DNA of 63,906 nt, the filler included, from a bacterium (lineage in GTDB: Bacteria; JADJOY01): the NCBI GenBank assembly GCA_046331705.1. It is 4 parts of 4 records of this genome, joined end to end, with 100 filler letters (N's around TTAATTAATTAA, not from the genome) between each part and the next. Parts side by side here need not be neighbours in the genome. Positions count along the whole stretch, not along the records: positions 1 to 17,734 come from JAXLQJ010000095.1; positions 17,835 to 33,730 come from JAXLQJ010000097.1; 2 more parts are not named here. The stretch is one strand, 5' to 3'. Each line of letters begins with the position of its first letter. The stretch's first letter is position 1. The translations under genes were made by a program, and so were the position numbers. Positions 10,234 through 20,646 of the stretch are shown here, one piece after another. The notes beneath the pieces were generated by a model. The model was not told where the DNA came from. It saw only the letters and a program-made list of their open reading frames with translations, and did not search any database.

Positions 10234-12114
10234 TCAGCCGTCGTCGTCGCGCGCCGCCGGCGAACGCACGATCCGCAGGCCGAGGACGCGCCAATGCTCG
10301 TCGTACGAGCCATCGACGCGACATTCGAGGCGGTTCACGCCGGCGCGCCATTGCTCGTCGGCGACCTGCGCCCGCCACACGACCGCGCCATCGGACGCGG
10401 GCTCGACGCTGCCGCCGAGGCGCCGCCCGTTGAGCTCGATCACGCCCGGCGGCTTGCCGGCGAAGCGCAGCTCCACGCGCAGGTTACTCTCGCGCAATCC
10501 CAGATCCATCAGATACACGAAGAGATCGGCGTGGCGCGGCTCCCCGCCGAAGACCGCGAGGTGCGTCCGCCTCGCGTCTTCCGTGGGGTCGAAGTCGAAC
10601 TCGGGTGCGCCATCGACCAATCGCCATCCGGTGCCCAGATGGCGCCGGTCCGGTCGCGCCAGGTCGATCGAGCCGTCGCCGAAGGGAACCGGATCGGCGC
10701 CGGCGAGCTGCGTGTACTGCCCCCACCGCAGGCCATCGCGCAGCGCGTAGTAGAGCTCGGCCGGCCAAGCGGGAGGCCAACCGAAGCGATCGACGAACGC
10801 GGCCGGGGCAGCCCACGGAAATCGCTCGGCGCCGACCATGCCGACGTTGATCGCCCCCGAGCGATACGCACCCGAGAGGCTCGCCATCCACACCGCACCC
10901 GCCAGGCCCACGCACGCGAGCGGCGCGGCCGGCGCCCTGCGCCACCACTGCATCGATCGCTCCGCGGCGTGTGCTCCGCCGAGCACCAAGAACGGAAAGA
11001 GACTGTCGAGGCGGCGCGGACCGAACGTGGCCCCGCCGTACCACGACACGCTGGCGAGGCAAGCGTTGAGGTAGATCGCGATCGTCACGTAGAGACCGGC
11101 GACGATCCACACTGGATCGCGCCGGAATCGCGCCACCGCGACCGCCACCCCGCCCACGGGCAGGTAGAGCCACGGCGAGAACCCGAGCAGCCCGTAGCGC
11201 GGCGAGAACAGCAGATCGATCGCGTAGGGATTCAGCCATTGCAGGAACGTGCCGCCGCCGGTCTGCGGCAGGTACGTGCCGTAGATCGCCTTCCACGCGA
11301 AGAGCTGCGGCGCGAGACCGAGGAACGTGGTGGCCGCGTACACCACGCCGCAGACCGCCACCCGTCGCCAGCGCGCCCACGCCGGCAATCGCTCCGGTGG
11401 CTCGGCGGCGCCCTCGAGACCGGTCTCGCCGCCCAACCAGCCGGCCAGCACCCACACGAGCTCGATCGCGCCGCACACGAAGGGCAGCCAGATGTTCTGC
11501 CACCGCACCACGGTGAGGAAGCCGGCCAAGAGCCCGAGCAACGCCCAACGCTTGGGATCGGGGCTGCCGAGCCCACGCCACCACAGGTAGACGAACGCCG
11601 AGACCAACCCGATCGCCGGCGCATGGGCGTAGAGCCCTGGATGAATCAGCCAATGGCCGAAGAAGCTGGCCGCCGTGACCCACGCCGCCCCGAGCGCCGC
11701 GGCGGTGGCGTTGGTGCGCTCGCGCGCCAGCCGGTACGCGAGGTAGATGCCGAGCGAGCCGAGCGCCGCCGACGTGAAGACGCACGCCGCGCGCTCGGCG
11801 GCGGGCGAGCCGAAGGCGTGGGCGACCGCCCACGCAGGCAGCCACAAGAGCGGCGCCCCGAGTGCCGCGGTGTTGGGAGCGCGCTGGGTCTTCTCGACCA
11901 GCCACGGGCGATTGCGGTACTTGGGCCAGAGCTCGCGGAAGTCGTTGCCGAAGTCGAGGTCGCGGTCGAGCGCGAGCGAGCGCACGTAAGCGAGGTGCTG
12001 CACCTCGTCCTTGATCACGCGATGGTCGCCGACGAGGTCGAGCGCCGTCGCGACCAGCGGGATCGCGACGAGCGCCGCCCAGCCGAGCCCGCGCCACGGG
12101 CGAGAGAGGCTCAT
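10234..12114 (-). CDS. GT-C fold (PMT/ArnT-like) membrane glycosyltransferase
   Basis: N-terminal TM then a DE...YVRSLALDRDLDF loop, multiple TMs, WYGGATFGPRRL, and a C-terminal soluble domain. Confidence 0.7.
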   Translation of the reverse strand: MSLSRPWRGLGWAALVAIPLVATALDLVGDHRVIKDEVQHLAYVRSLALDRDLDFGNDFRELWPKYRNRPWLVEKTQRAPNTAALGAPLLWLPAWAVAHAFGSPAAERAACVFTSAALGSLGIYLAYRLARERTNATAAALGAAWVTAASFFGHWLIHPGLYAHAPAIGLVSAFVYLWWRGLGSPDPKRWALLGLLAGFLTVVRWQNIWLPFVCGAIELVWVLAGWLGGETGLEGAAEPPERLPAWARWRRVAVCGVVYAATTFLGLAPQLFAWKAIYGTYLPQTGGGTFLQWLNPYAIDLLFSPRYGLLGFSPWLYLPVGGVAVAVARFRRDPVWIVAGLYVTIAIYLNACLASVSWYGGATFGPRRLDSLFPFLVLGGAHAAERSMQWWRRAPAAPLACVGLAGAVWMASLSGAYRSGAINVGMVGAERFPWAAPAAFVDRFGWPPAWPAELYYALRDGLRWGQYTQLAGADPVPFGDGSIDLARPDRRHLGTGWRLVDGAPEFDFDPTEDARRTHLAVFGGEPRHADLFVYLMDLGLRESNLRVELRFAGKPPGVIELNGRRLGGSVEPASDGAVVWRAQVADEQWRAGVNRLECRVDGSYDEHWRVLGLRIVRSPAARDDDG

Positions 12115-13403
12115 GCGTCCGACGCGCGCGGCGCGATTCCCGCGCCGTGCGTCGCGCCCGCCGGCGCCGCCGGCGCCGCCGCCAGCGCCGCGCGGTAGAC
12201 GGCGAGATGGGCGCGCACCGTGGCGGCCCAGCCTTGCGCTCGCTCCGATCCCGCGCGCGCCCCCGCGCCGAGGCGTCGCGTCAGCGCCGGGTCCGCGAGG
12301 AGCCGACCGAGCGCCCCGGCGAGCGCCGCCGTGTCCCGGGGCTCGATCAGGAGACCGTTCTCGCCATCGCGCACGGTCTGGGGAATGCCGCCCACGCGCG
12401 TGGCCACCACCGCCGCGCCGGCGGCGAGCGCCTCCATGAGCACGTTGGGCAGCCCGTCCACGTTGCCGCCCTCGTCCTCGACGGAGGGGATCGCTACGAC
12501 GTCGGCGCCCGCGTAGAGCCGCGCGATCTCGTCGTGCCGCACGGCGCCCGCGAACGAGACCGCGTGCGCGATGCCGAGCCGGCGCGCTCGCTCGACGAGC
12601 GCGTCCTTGAGATCGCCGTCACCGGCGATGACCAGGTGCGCCGCGACGTGCCGCTCGCGCACCGCCGCCCACGCATCGAGGAGCACGTCGAAACCCTTCT
12701 TCCCCACCAGTCGCCCCACGGCGAGCACCACGGGCGCCTCCGGCGCGAGCCCGAGGCGCGCGCGCAGCCACGCCGCGCTCGCGGGATCCGGCCGGAACCG
12801 GTCCAGGTCGACTCCATAGGGAATCGTGTGCGTGGTGGCGGCGCGGGCACCCATGCGGATCGCGCGCTCGCGCAGGTTGTCGCTGCACGCCACCACCTGT
12901 GCCGCGCGCCGGAACACCCGACGCGCCGCCCAGCCCAACCAGGGATGGCGCTCGGCCAGGAAGAGGTCGGACCCATGCAGGCTCACCACCAGCGGCACCC
13001 GTCGCATGCTCGCGATCACCGCTGCGAGCGGGCCGTTGGGCAGCACCCAGTGCGCGTGCACCAGATCGGGTGGGCGCCGCAACGAGAGCCGGCGGGCTCT
13101 GAGCAACCCCGCGACGAACGTGATCGGCACCAGCGCCAGGATCCGCGGCTTGATCGCACGATCGGCCGTGAGCGACGCGGCGTAACCCCACACGCTCCAC
13201 GCCGGCGTGGGCGCATAGCGATACGGATGGAGCCGCGCCCGCGCCCCGTCGCGCTCGCGCGCCAACGCGGGGTGCGCCGGCAGCAGGACGTCGACCTCGC
13301 AATCGCGCTCGGCCGCCACTCCCTCGGCGAGGTACGCGATGAACGGGGAGGTCCCGTCCCCCGGCTGCTTGGGATACGAGGACGTGATCATCAAGACGCG
13401 CAC
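12111..13403 (-). CDS. GT4-family glycosyltransferase
   Basis: GTG start at 13403 after an AGGGAG Shine-Dalgarno. Motifs VLMITSSYP, HAHW, VGRLVGKKG and DGLPNVLMEALAAG. Confidence 0.92.
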   Translation of the reverse strand: MRVLMITSSYPKQPGDGTSPFIAYLAEGVAAERDCEVDVLLPAHPALARERDGARARLHPYRYAPTPAWSVWGYAASLTADRAIKPRILALVPITFVAGLLRARRLSLRRPPDLVHAHWVLPNGPLAAVIASMRRVPLVVSLHGSDLFLAERHPWLGWAARRVFRRAAQVVACSDNLRERAIRMGARAATTHTIPYGVDLDRFRPDPASAAWLRARLGLAPEAPVVLAVGRLVGKKGFDVLLDAWAAVRERHVAAHLVIAGDGDLKDALVERARRLGIAHAVSFAGAVRHDEIARLYAGADVVAIPSVEDEGGNVDGLPNVLMEALAAGAAVVATRVGGIPQTVRDGENGLLIEPRDTAALAGALGRLLADPALTRRLGAGARAGSERAQGWAATVRAHLAVYRAALAAAPAAPAGATHGAGIAPRASDA

Positions 13404-13612
13404 GAGATGGAATGCTCCCTCGGGTGCTCGGCCCGATCGACGCACCCTCCTGGGGGCACGCGCCACGCAGCCGCGCGTTCGAAACGCGGGCGGAGCGGCG
13501 AATCACGCGAGCGGATTCGGAAGGCCGCGAACCGTACCACAGCGCCCGCGCGCGGTCGTGTCCCGTACGCTCGCCGCTGGCTCGCCGCGGCGAGCGCGCG
13601 CGAGCCCCGCGT

Positions 13613-14791
13613 TCAGCCGGCGCGAACCAGCGCGGCGAGCAGCTCGTCCGTCATGCGCGCGCGACTGTAGCGGGTCACCGTGCGCCGCCGCGCCGTGTCG
13701 CCGAGCGCCGCGGCGCGCGCGGGCTCCGCGAGGAGGCCGTGAACCGCGTCCGCCAACGCCTCCGCCGCCGCCGGGGCGAGCACTCCAGTGACGCCGTCCT
13801 CGATGGTCTCGAGCACCCCACCCTCGCGCACCGCGACCACCGGCACGCCGAGGCTTCCGGCCTCGAGCACCGTGAGGCCGAACGACTCGTCGTGGGCGGT
13901 GTGCAGGTAGACGCTCGCGAGCCGATACCACGCCGAGAGCTCGCCATCGGGAACGAAGCCGGCGAAGCGAACCCGCGACTCGATCCCGAGGGCGCGCGCG
14001 GCGGCCTCGAGGCGCGCGCGCTCCGGTCCCTCGCCCACCACCACGCCCACCGCGTCCGGATGTCGTGGGGCGAGTGCCGCGATCGTCGCGAGAAAGAGGT
14101 CGACCCGCTTGCGCGGGTGCAGGAAGTTCACGGTGAGCACCACGGGGGCGGCGCCGATTCCGAGCCGGGAACGGACCTCGCTCGGCGTGGTGGCGGTGGG
14201 CGGCGGCACGTCGACGCACGGCGTGACCCGTGCGAGGGCGGCACCCGGATAGAGCGCGCGCACCTCGTTCTCGATGAACGCGTCGAAGACCAGCACCCGA
14301 TCGGCGACGCGTACCCACCGCCGATCGATCCGGCGCCACAGCCGTGCCAGCGGACCCACCAGATGCCGCGCCGCTCCCAACCGGCTCAGGATCGCGTCGC
14401 GATCTCGGTACGCGAATCGCGGCGGCTCGAAGCAGAAGTAGAGCCGCCGCGTGTGCGTTCCGCGCAACCCCAGGCATGCGAGCGCGGGCACCGACGCGGC
14501 GGCGAAGAAGATCGCCACGTCCGCCTGCGCGGGGATGCGCCACGCGAGCGCCATCCCGGCCACGTACCGGATCGCCGAGTCGAGGTAATGGTTACGCGTC
14601 CACGCGAAGCGCCGCCCGCTCGCGTGCACCTCGACGCCGGGCGCCACCAGCGCCGCGCAGCGCGGATCGAACTCGTGGGTGGCGACGTGCGCGGCGTGGC
14701 CGCGCTCGACCAGGCCGCGCGCGAGACCGAGGATGAAGCGCTCGGCGCCGGTCGGCATCTTGAAGCGCGGAAAGACCAGCCACACGTTCAT
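13613..14791 (-). CDS. GT4-family glycosyltransferase
   Basis: Starts MNVWLVFPRFKMPTGAER, with LHPRKRVD and ESFGLTVLEA motifs. Confidence 0.9.
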   Translation of the reverse strand: MNVWLVFPRFKMPTGAERFILGLARGLVERGHAAHVATHEFDPRCAALVAPGVEVHASGRRFAWTRNHYLDSAIRYVAGMALAWRIPAQADVAIFFAAASVPALACLGLRGTHTRRLYFCFEPPRFAYRDRDAILSRLGAARHLVGPLARLWRRIDRRWVRVADRVLVFDAFIENEVRALYPGAALARVTPCVDVPPPTATTPSEVRSRLGIGAAPVVLTVNFLHPRKRVDLFLATIAALAPRHPDAVGVVVGEGPERARLEAAARALGIESRVRFAGFVPDGELSAWYRLASVYLHTAHDESFGLTVLEAGSLGVPVVAVREGGVLETIEDGVTGVLAPAAAEALADAVHGLLAEPARAAALGDTARRRTVTRYSRARMTDELLAALVRAG

Positions 14792-14829
14792 GCGCGAGCC
14801 GTCCTTCCGGGCGCGCTCGGCGGCGCGTC

Positions 14830-15840
14830 TCAGCGCTCGACGTAGTCGGTGCCGGGCGCGTTCCCTCGGTTCGGGTCCAAGCTCGCGCCGGTCGCGGGCA
14901 GATTCGCGATCTCGAGGCGCCGCACCTTCTCGAGCACCGTCTCGAGCAAGCGTCGGTTCGAGCCGATGATGTCGGCCACCAGCCCGATCAGCACCACCTG
15001 GAAGCCGAGCAGCAGCAGGATCGCGGCGAGGATCAACGACTGGATGTGACCGCGACCCGAACCGAAGACGAAGAAGTAGAGGAAGCGCAGCCCGACCGCC
15101 GTGCCGCCGGCGAGCAGCACGCCGCCGAGCGTCGAGAACACCTTGAGCGGCTCGTACATCGCGTAGGTGCGCAGGATCGTGAAGCCCGAGCGCTGGATGT
15201 AATCGCGGGTGGTCGAGATGAGCCGCGACTCGCGGGTCTTGGGATTGGTGCGGATCCGCACGTGGTCGATGGCGATTCGCTGGCGCCCGGCCTGGATGAT
15301 GGTCTCGAGCGTGTAGCTGAACTCGCTCACCACGTTGAGCTTGAGCGCAGCCTCGCGGCTCAGCGCGCGAAAGCCGCTGGTGGTGTCGGGGATCTCGGTG
15401 CCGGAAAACCGCCGCACCACCCACGAGCCGAGCCGCTGCAGCGCTTTCTTGGTGGGCGAGAAGTGCTCGATGTTCGCGATGTCTCGCTCGCCCACCACGA
15501 AGTCCGCGCGTCCCTCGAGGATCGGCTGGATGAGGCGCGGGATCTCGGTGCTCGGGTACTGGTTGTCGCCGTCGGTGTGGACGATCACGTCCGCGCCGAG
15601 CCGCAGGCACGCGTCGAGCCCGGCGAGGAACGCCCGCGCCAGGCCGCGATTGCGGCGGAAGCGGATCACGTGCTCGACACCCAGGTCTCGGGCGATGCGG
15701 GCGGTGCCATCGGTCGAGCCGTCGTCGATCACCAGCACCTCGACCCGATCGACGCCCGGGATCTCGCGCGGAATCGAGCGCACGACCTCGGCCAAGGTCT
15801 CCGCTTCGTTGAGGCACGGGATCTGGACGATGAGCTTCAT
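14830..15840 (-). CDS. GT2 polyprenol-phosphate glycosyltransferase with C-terminal TMs
   Basis: MKLIVQIPCLNEAETL, IDDGSTD, TDGDNQY, DTTSGFR, FSYTLET and two C-terminal TMs. Confidence 0.92.
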   Translation of the reverse strand: MKLIVQIPCLNEAETLAEVVRSIPREIPGVDRVEVLVIDDGSTDGTARIARDLGVEHVIRFRRNRGLARAFLAGLDACLRLGADVIVHTDGDNQYPSTEIPRLIQPILEGRADFVVGERDIANIEHFSPTKKALQRLGSWVVRRFSGTEIPDTTSGFRALSREAALKLNVVSEFSYTLETIIQAGRQRIAIDHVRIRTNPKTRESRLISTTRDYIQRSGFTILRTYAMYEPLKVFSTLGGVLLAGGTAVGLRFLYFFVFGSGRGHIQSLILAAILLLLGFQVVLIGLVADIIGSNRRLLETVLEKVRRLEIANLPATGASLDPNRGNAPGTDYVER

Positions 15841-16036
15841 CGCGGGGGCCGAGTCATCGCAGGGGTCTTCGCATCGGGAGCGACGCGGGCGCGCCCGCCG
15901 GCGCACGTCGCCGAAGGCTAGCGGATGCTCGTCCCGTGCGTCGCGCGGGCGGAGCATGTCCAGATCCGGCGCCGCTGGCGACGGGTCCCGGCGAGCTGCC
16001 AGCGCGAGGCGCGCGCAGCGCTCCCCCGTGCGCCGC

Positions 16037-17734
16037 TCACGGCAGCGGCTCGAAGCGCACCGACACCCCGCTCGCGGGCGTTCCGAGTAGTGCGGTCTCG
16101 ACGTCGGCCACGCGCACGCCGACACGGCGGTTGCCCGGGCCGGGCGCCCGCTCGACCTCGCTCAACACGTCGATTCGCGGCACCTTCGCGTCGCCGGGCG
16201 CGCGCAACCCGCCGGGCACCGCCACGATCATTCGCTGCCAGCCGGAGGGGACCGGATACGGCCCGAACGTCTCTCCCGCGATGCGCAGCCGAATCGCGCG
16301 CGGCTCGTCCCGGGGCGCCGCGTCGCCCGGTCGATCGGCCGAGATCTCGATCCGCACCTCCACGGGACCGGATGGGCAGACGGGCAGGTACATCGAGGCC
16401 TTCTCCGTGGTCCAGCGGAACCGCCGCTCGCGATTGCGTCCTCCTTCGGGAGCGAAGAAGCCGGCCAGCGCGCGATCGCCGCGAGGATTCGCCATGTCGA
16501 GCTTCTCGGGCACGTCCCACGCGATCCAGTCCACGGAGACGCCGAGATCGCGACGGTCCGCCTCTCCCGCGCTCACCCGCCCCGCCATCGCGTCGGCGTG
16601 GATCTCGAGCACCGGCGGACCGGCGCTCGCCGGCGGCGCGATCTCGTAGAGCTGGAAGCCGTGGCCGACGCTCACCTCCGTCGGCGGCGTGCCGGCGAGG
16701 CCGATGCGGACAGGAACGTCGGCGTCCCCGCGCAAGCGCTGGCTCGCGAGCCGCAGATAGATGCGCGCGGGGTGCTCGCTGTCGTAGCCGGGCAGATAGG
16801 CGCGCGCGTACTCGCGCGTCCAGCGATAGCGGATGTCGGTCTCGGGCTGCACCTCGGGCGCGTGGAAGCCGTCGAACCAGGCGGATTCGGCAGCATCCAT
16901 CTCGAGCGCCGTGAGCGCACGCGGCCTGCCCACGACGATCCGGAAGAGATCCACCGAGAGCTCGCGCTCGTCCACGGTGTCCGGCGGCCACCACAGCGTC
17001 GAGACCATCCAGGGGCCGCGGTAGGCGAGCGATCGCAGCCAGGTGGGGGTCAGCCGATCGGTGAAGACCGGGCTCTCGCCCACCGTGGCGAGGAACACGG
17101 GACGCGTCGCCGCCATCGCCTCCAGGGCGGCGGCGATCCGATTCGCCGGCTTCTCGCCGGGCAAGAGCTCGAGCACGTCGCGGTCGCAGAGGTACGCGAT
17201 GGGGGCCGTGAGATACGCGGTGGGCGATTCGTAGCGGCTGTCGGCCACCACCAGCGCGTCGCGCGGGATCGCCTCGCAGGCAGCGCGGATCGTCGCGAGC
17301 GCGCCCCGATCCTCGCTGTGCGCGCGCACCGGCGCGGCCCCGACCCACAGCCCGCGCATGCCGAGCGCCGCCCCGGCGACCGCCGCCACGGTCGCGATCG
17401 CCCCGGCGTTGCGATGGCGGGCGGACACGGCGCGCACCAGCCACACGAGCGCCAGGCTCGCCGTCAGCGCCAGCGCCGGCACCGGCACCGAGATGAACCG
17501 CCGCATCTCCCAGAACTGATCGATGCGGTTGCGGCTGTGCTGGACGTAGAGCAGCGTGATCGGAAGCGTCGCCGCCAGGAAGAAGGCACGCGCGGGCCCC
17601 GTGGGCGCCGCCAGCAGGATGGCGCCGCCCACCAGCGCAGCCGCCAGAATTGGCGCGCCCAGGTAATCGGCGAGCTTGAGCATCGAGAGCGCCTGGGTGC
17701 CGCGCGTGAGGTCGGGTCGCACGAGCCACGCGTA
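16037..17734 (-). CDS. Membrane protein, GT-C-like, with C-terminal repeated beta domains (5' truncated by contig end)
   Basis: TM segments with a WEMRRF motif, followed by two similar modules (GFHAPE...RYRWT and GFFAPE...RFRWT). The frame is open to the gap. Confidence 0.6.
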   Translation of the reverse strand, partial: YAWLVRPDLTRGTQALSMLKLADYLGAPILAAALVGGAILLAAPTGPARAFFLAATLPITLLYVQHSRNRIDQFWEMRRFISVPVPALALTASLALVWLVRAVSARHRNAGAIATVAAVAGAALGMRGLWVGAAPVRAHSEDRGALATIRAACEAIPRDALVVADSRYESPTAYLTAPIAYLCDRDVLELLPGEKPANRIAAALEAMAATRPVFLATVGESPVFTDRLTPTWLRSLAYRGPWMVSTLWWPPDTVDERELSVDLFRIVVGRPRALTALEMDAAESAWFDGFHAPEVQPETDIRYRWTREYARAYLPGYDSEHPARIYLRLASQRLRGDADVPVRIGLAGTPPTEVSVGHGFQLYEIAPPASAGPPVLEIHADAMAGRVSAGEADRRDLGVSVDWIAWDVPEKLDMANPRGDRALAGFFAPEGGRNRERRFRWTTEKASMYLPVCPSGPVEVRIEISADRPGDAAPRDEPRAIRLRIAGETFGPYPVPSGWQRMIVAVPGGLRAPGDAKVPRIDVLSEVERAPGPGNRRVGVRVADVETALLGTPASGVSVRFEPLP

Positions 17735-17834
17735 NNNNNNNNNNNNNNNNNNNNNNNNNNNNNNNNNNNNNNNNNNNNTTAATTAATTAANNNNNNNNNN
17801 NNNNNNNNNNNNNNNNNNNNNNNNNNNNNNNNNN
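17735..17834. other. Artificial contig-join linker
   Basis: 44 N + TTAATTAATTAA + 44 N, with stops in all six frames. Identical at three places in the window. Confidence 0.98.
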
Positions 17835-18379
17835 ATCGGGGCGGGCTCCACGAAGAGGTGCTGCGCGTGCCGCTGCTGGTCTGGGCGCCTGGCATCGCCG
17901 CGCGGCGCATCGACGATCTGGTCGAGCAGGTCGACGTCTTCGCGACGATCCTCGAGCTCGCCGCCGTCGCCGCACCCCCGGCGCTCGAGGGTCGTTCGCT
18001 CGCGCCGGCGCTACGCGGAGAGCCGCTCGCGCCCCGCGCCGCGTTCGCGGAGACGACCCCCGCGGGGTTCTACGCGGAGCCCGAGATCATGGGTGACGTG
18101 CGCGTACGCTCGGTTATCGACGGCCCGTGGAAGCTCATCGTGTCGCAGGGATTGCTGGGCGTCCGCACGGAGCTCTTCCGGCTCGATCGCGATCCCGGTG
18201 AGCGCGACGACCTCGCTGCCGCGGAGCCCGATCGGGTGCGGAATCTGACGGGCTTGCTCGCGCAATGGCTCCTCGACGAACGGCGTCGCGCCCTCGAGCT
18301 CCGCCGTGCGTCACTGCGGCCGGGAGCCGCGGCAGCGTTGGAGGCGGTGCTGCCCTCGCCCCGGTGGCTGCTGCCGTGA
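17835..18379 (+). CDS. Sulfatase-family protein, C-terminal fragment (5' truncated)
   Basis: LHEEVLRVPL, VEQVDVFATIL, LEGRSL, WKLI and ELFRLDRDPGERDDL are typical sulfatase C-terminal motifs. Confidence 0.85.
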
Positions 18380-20646
18380 TGGCTTCGAGCCGCGGCGAGC
18401 CGCGCCGCCGCGCCGGCGTCCTCGCGTGCGCGCTCCTCGTCGTGCTGGTCCCATCGCGCCCGGTGCGCGCGGCGGACGCCAACGCCGCGGGAGTGCTCGG
18501 GCTCGTTCATCGACTGGCGCTCAAGGGGGATACCGCCGCGCTCGAGCGGCTGCTGGCGGGGAGCCAGACCGGTGGCATCGTCGAGCCGACGCTGCGCGCT
18601 CGCGTGCTGGCCGAGCTGGGGCGCTACGACGAGTCGGTGGCGGAATACGCGCGCGCGCTTCAGTCCACGGCAGGCGAGCCCGATGCGCTCTTCGGCTGGT
18701 CGGAGGTCGAGCTGCGTTGCGGTCAGCCCGCCGCAGCGCGCGATCGACTCTCCGATGTGTGGCGCGGGAGCGCCGCTCCGCCGCTCAAGGCGGAAGCGGT
18801 GCGCCGCCAGCTCGCGCTGGTGGCGGACGACGGCGCCTGGGACTCGATCGATTGGGGTGCTGCGCTCGGATCCATCGACGACCCGGATCTCGCGTGGCGC
18901 TTGCTCGACGCGCTCATCTCCGAGGCCGACGCCGCGGGCGCTTTGTTCGTCGTCGAGCAAGCCACCAGCCGCTCGCTGGGTGGCGAGTCGCTCGGCCTCG
19001 GCACCGCGCTGGTGCTCGCCCGCATCGCGCTCGCCACGGGCGACCTCGACCGCGCGTCCGCGTACGTGGGCGAGCTCGAGCGCAGCCTCGCGACCCGGAA
19101 CGGATCCGTGTTGGCGCTCGCTGGCGAGGTGGCGCTGGCGCGCGGCCGGGCGGGCGATGCGGTGCGCGCGTTCAGCGAGGCGCACGATCTGATGCCGAGC
19201 TGGGCGCGCATGCTGGAGCGCCGCGCCCGCGCCGCGCGTGCCTCTGGCGACCTCGACACGGCGCAACGCGACCTGCGGGCCGTCGTGCAGGGCGCGGTGG
19301 ATCTCGCCACGCGGGATCGGGCGTACCTCGATTGGCTCGCGGTGCTGCTCGAGCGCGACCGTCATGCCGACGCGGCGCGGGTCTACGTCGAGGCCGTCGG
19401 CAATCGCGGTCCCGAGCACCGGACCGCGTTGCTCGAAGCGCTGCTCGGGCAGATTGCGGATCCGAAGGCCGCCCTCGCGGCGATCACGGCGACCGCCGTG
19501 CCCCCCGCCGGACGCGGCGAGCTTCGTCGTCTGGCCGCCGAGCTGGCGATGCGCGCCAACGACCAGAACGCGGCGCTGCGCGAGCTCGAGCTGGCGCACG
19601 ACGCGTTGCCCACCGACCCCGAGGTCCTCGAGCAGCTCGCGCAGGCGGAGCGCCGTCTCGGCCGTCTCGACCAGGCGATCGCCCACTATCGGGAGTGGAC
19701 GGAGCGCGAGCCGCGCCGCGCCGCCCCGCTCACCGGTTGGGTCGCGACCCTGCGCCAGGCGGGCGATCTCGACGCCGCGCTGGAAACCGGACGTCGTCCG
19801 AGCCGCGAGCGTGCCGCCGATCCCGACGGCTGGGCCCTCACGGGCACGGTGCTGAGCCTCAACGGGTTCGGCCGCGAGGGTTGCGACGCGACGCGCCGCG
19901 CTCACGAGCTCGCGCCCGAGCGCGCCGCGTACACGTTCGACCTCGCGGTCTGTCTCGAGGATCTCGACACGGGGCGCGAAGCACCGGCCATCCTGGAGTC
20001 GTTGCTCGCCGCAGGCTCGGGCGGCGCGCCGTGGCAACGCTCGAAGGTGCTCGAGCGCTTGCGGGCCGCGTACACCGCTCGCGGCGGCGCGTCGAAGCTC
20101 GCGCCGCGGGTGCTGGCGATCGCCGACCAGCCGGGAACCGTGGATCGCGCGGGCCTCTTGCTCGACGCCGCCGAGCTCCTGCGCCGTTCCGACGAGCTCG
20201 CCGCCGCGGCGCAGCTGCTGGAGCGATTCGTTCGCACGTTCGCCACCGACTCGCGCTGGCCCGCGGGAGCGCTCGAGCTGGCCGAGATCGAGATGGCCCG
20301 CGCGCGCGTCGATCGGGCGCGCGAGCTGTGGCGGGCGGTGATCGCTCGCCCCGACCTCGCCGCCGACTGGGGCAGTCGCGCGGCGCTGCTCCTCGGTGAT
20401 TCGCTGCTCGTCGCTGCCCGCGGCGAGGCGCTCGCCGAGTGGGAGCGCTGCGCCGTGCGGCATGCCGCCGTGGCACCCGGGGCCCGTTGCCGTTTGCGCC
20501 GCGCCCGTGCGCTCTCGGAGCAGGGGCAATCCGTGGCGGCGTCCGCCGAGCTGGTCAAGCTGCTCGCGAATCCGGCTCGCGATCTCGAGACCACGCGCAG
20601 CGCGCTCGATCTGCTCGCCGGCGCGTCGCGCAAGGGGCGGCCGTGA
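18379..20646 (+). CDS. Secreted tetratricopeptide-repeat protein
   Basis: Signal-peptide-like N-terminus (ends VRA-AD) and many Ala/Leu helical TPR-like repeats such as LAELGRYDESVAEYARAL. Start is GTG 18376 or ATG 18379. Confidence 0.75.
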   Translation: MASSRGEPRRRAGVLACALLVVLVPSRPVRAADANAAGVLGLVHRLALKGDTAALERLLAGSQTGGIVEPTLRARVLAELGRYDESVAEYARALQSTAGEPDALFGWSEVELRCGQPAAARDRLSDVWRGSAAPPLKAEAVRRQLALVADDGAWDSIDWGAALGSIDDPDLAWRLLDALISEADAAGALFVVEQATSRSLGGESLGLGTALVLARIALATGDLDRASAYVGELERSLATRNGSVLALAGEVALARGRAGDAVRAFSEAHDLMPSWARMLERRARAARASGDLDTAQRDLRAVVQGAVDLATRDRAYLDWLAVLLERDRHADAARVYVEAVGNRGPEHRTALLEALLGQIADPKAALAAITATAVPPAGRGELRRLAAELAMRANDQNAALRELELAHDALPTDPEVLEQLAQAERRLGRLDQAIAHYREWTEREPRRAAPLTGWVATLRQAGDLDAALETGRRPSRERAADPDGWALTGTVLSLNGFGREGCDATRRAHELAPERAAYTFDLAVCLEDLDTGREAPAILESLLAAGSGGAPWQRSKVLERLRAAYTARGGASKLAPRVLAIADQPGTVDRAGLLLDAAELLRRSDELAAAAQLLERFVRTFATDSRWPAGALELAEIEMARARVDRARELWRAVIARPDLAADWGSRAALLLGDSLLVAARGEALAEWERCAVRHAAVAPGARCRLRRARALSEQGQSVAASAELVKLLANPARDLETTRSALDLLAGASRKGRP

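Noticed and set aside
8083-12198. Very long Arg/Ala/Pro-rich ORFs such as 8083-12198, 49006-52311 and 29983-32205
   Set aside because: These are antisense or off-frame shadows of real genes, expected in high-GC DNA where stop codons are rare. They show no motifs.
17779-17790. TTAATTAATTAA palindrome, repeated at 33775-33786 and 48890-48901
   Set aside because: It is centred in identical N runs and gives stops in all six frames, so it is a concatenation linker and not biology.
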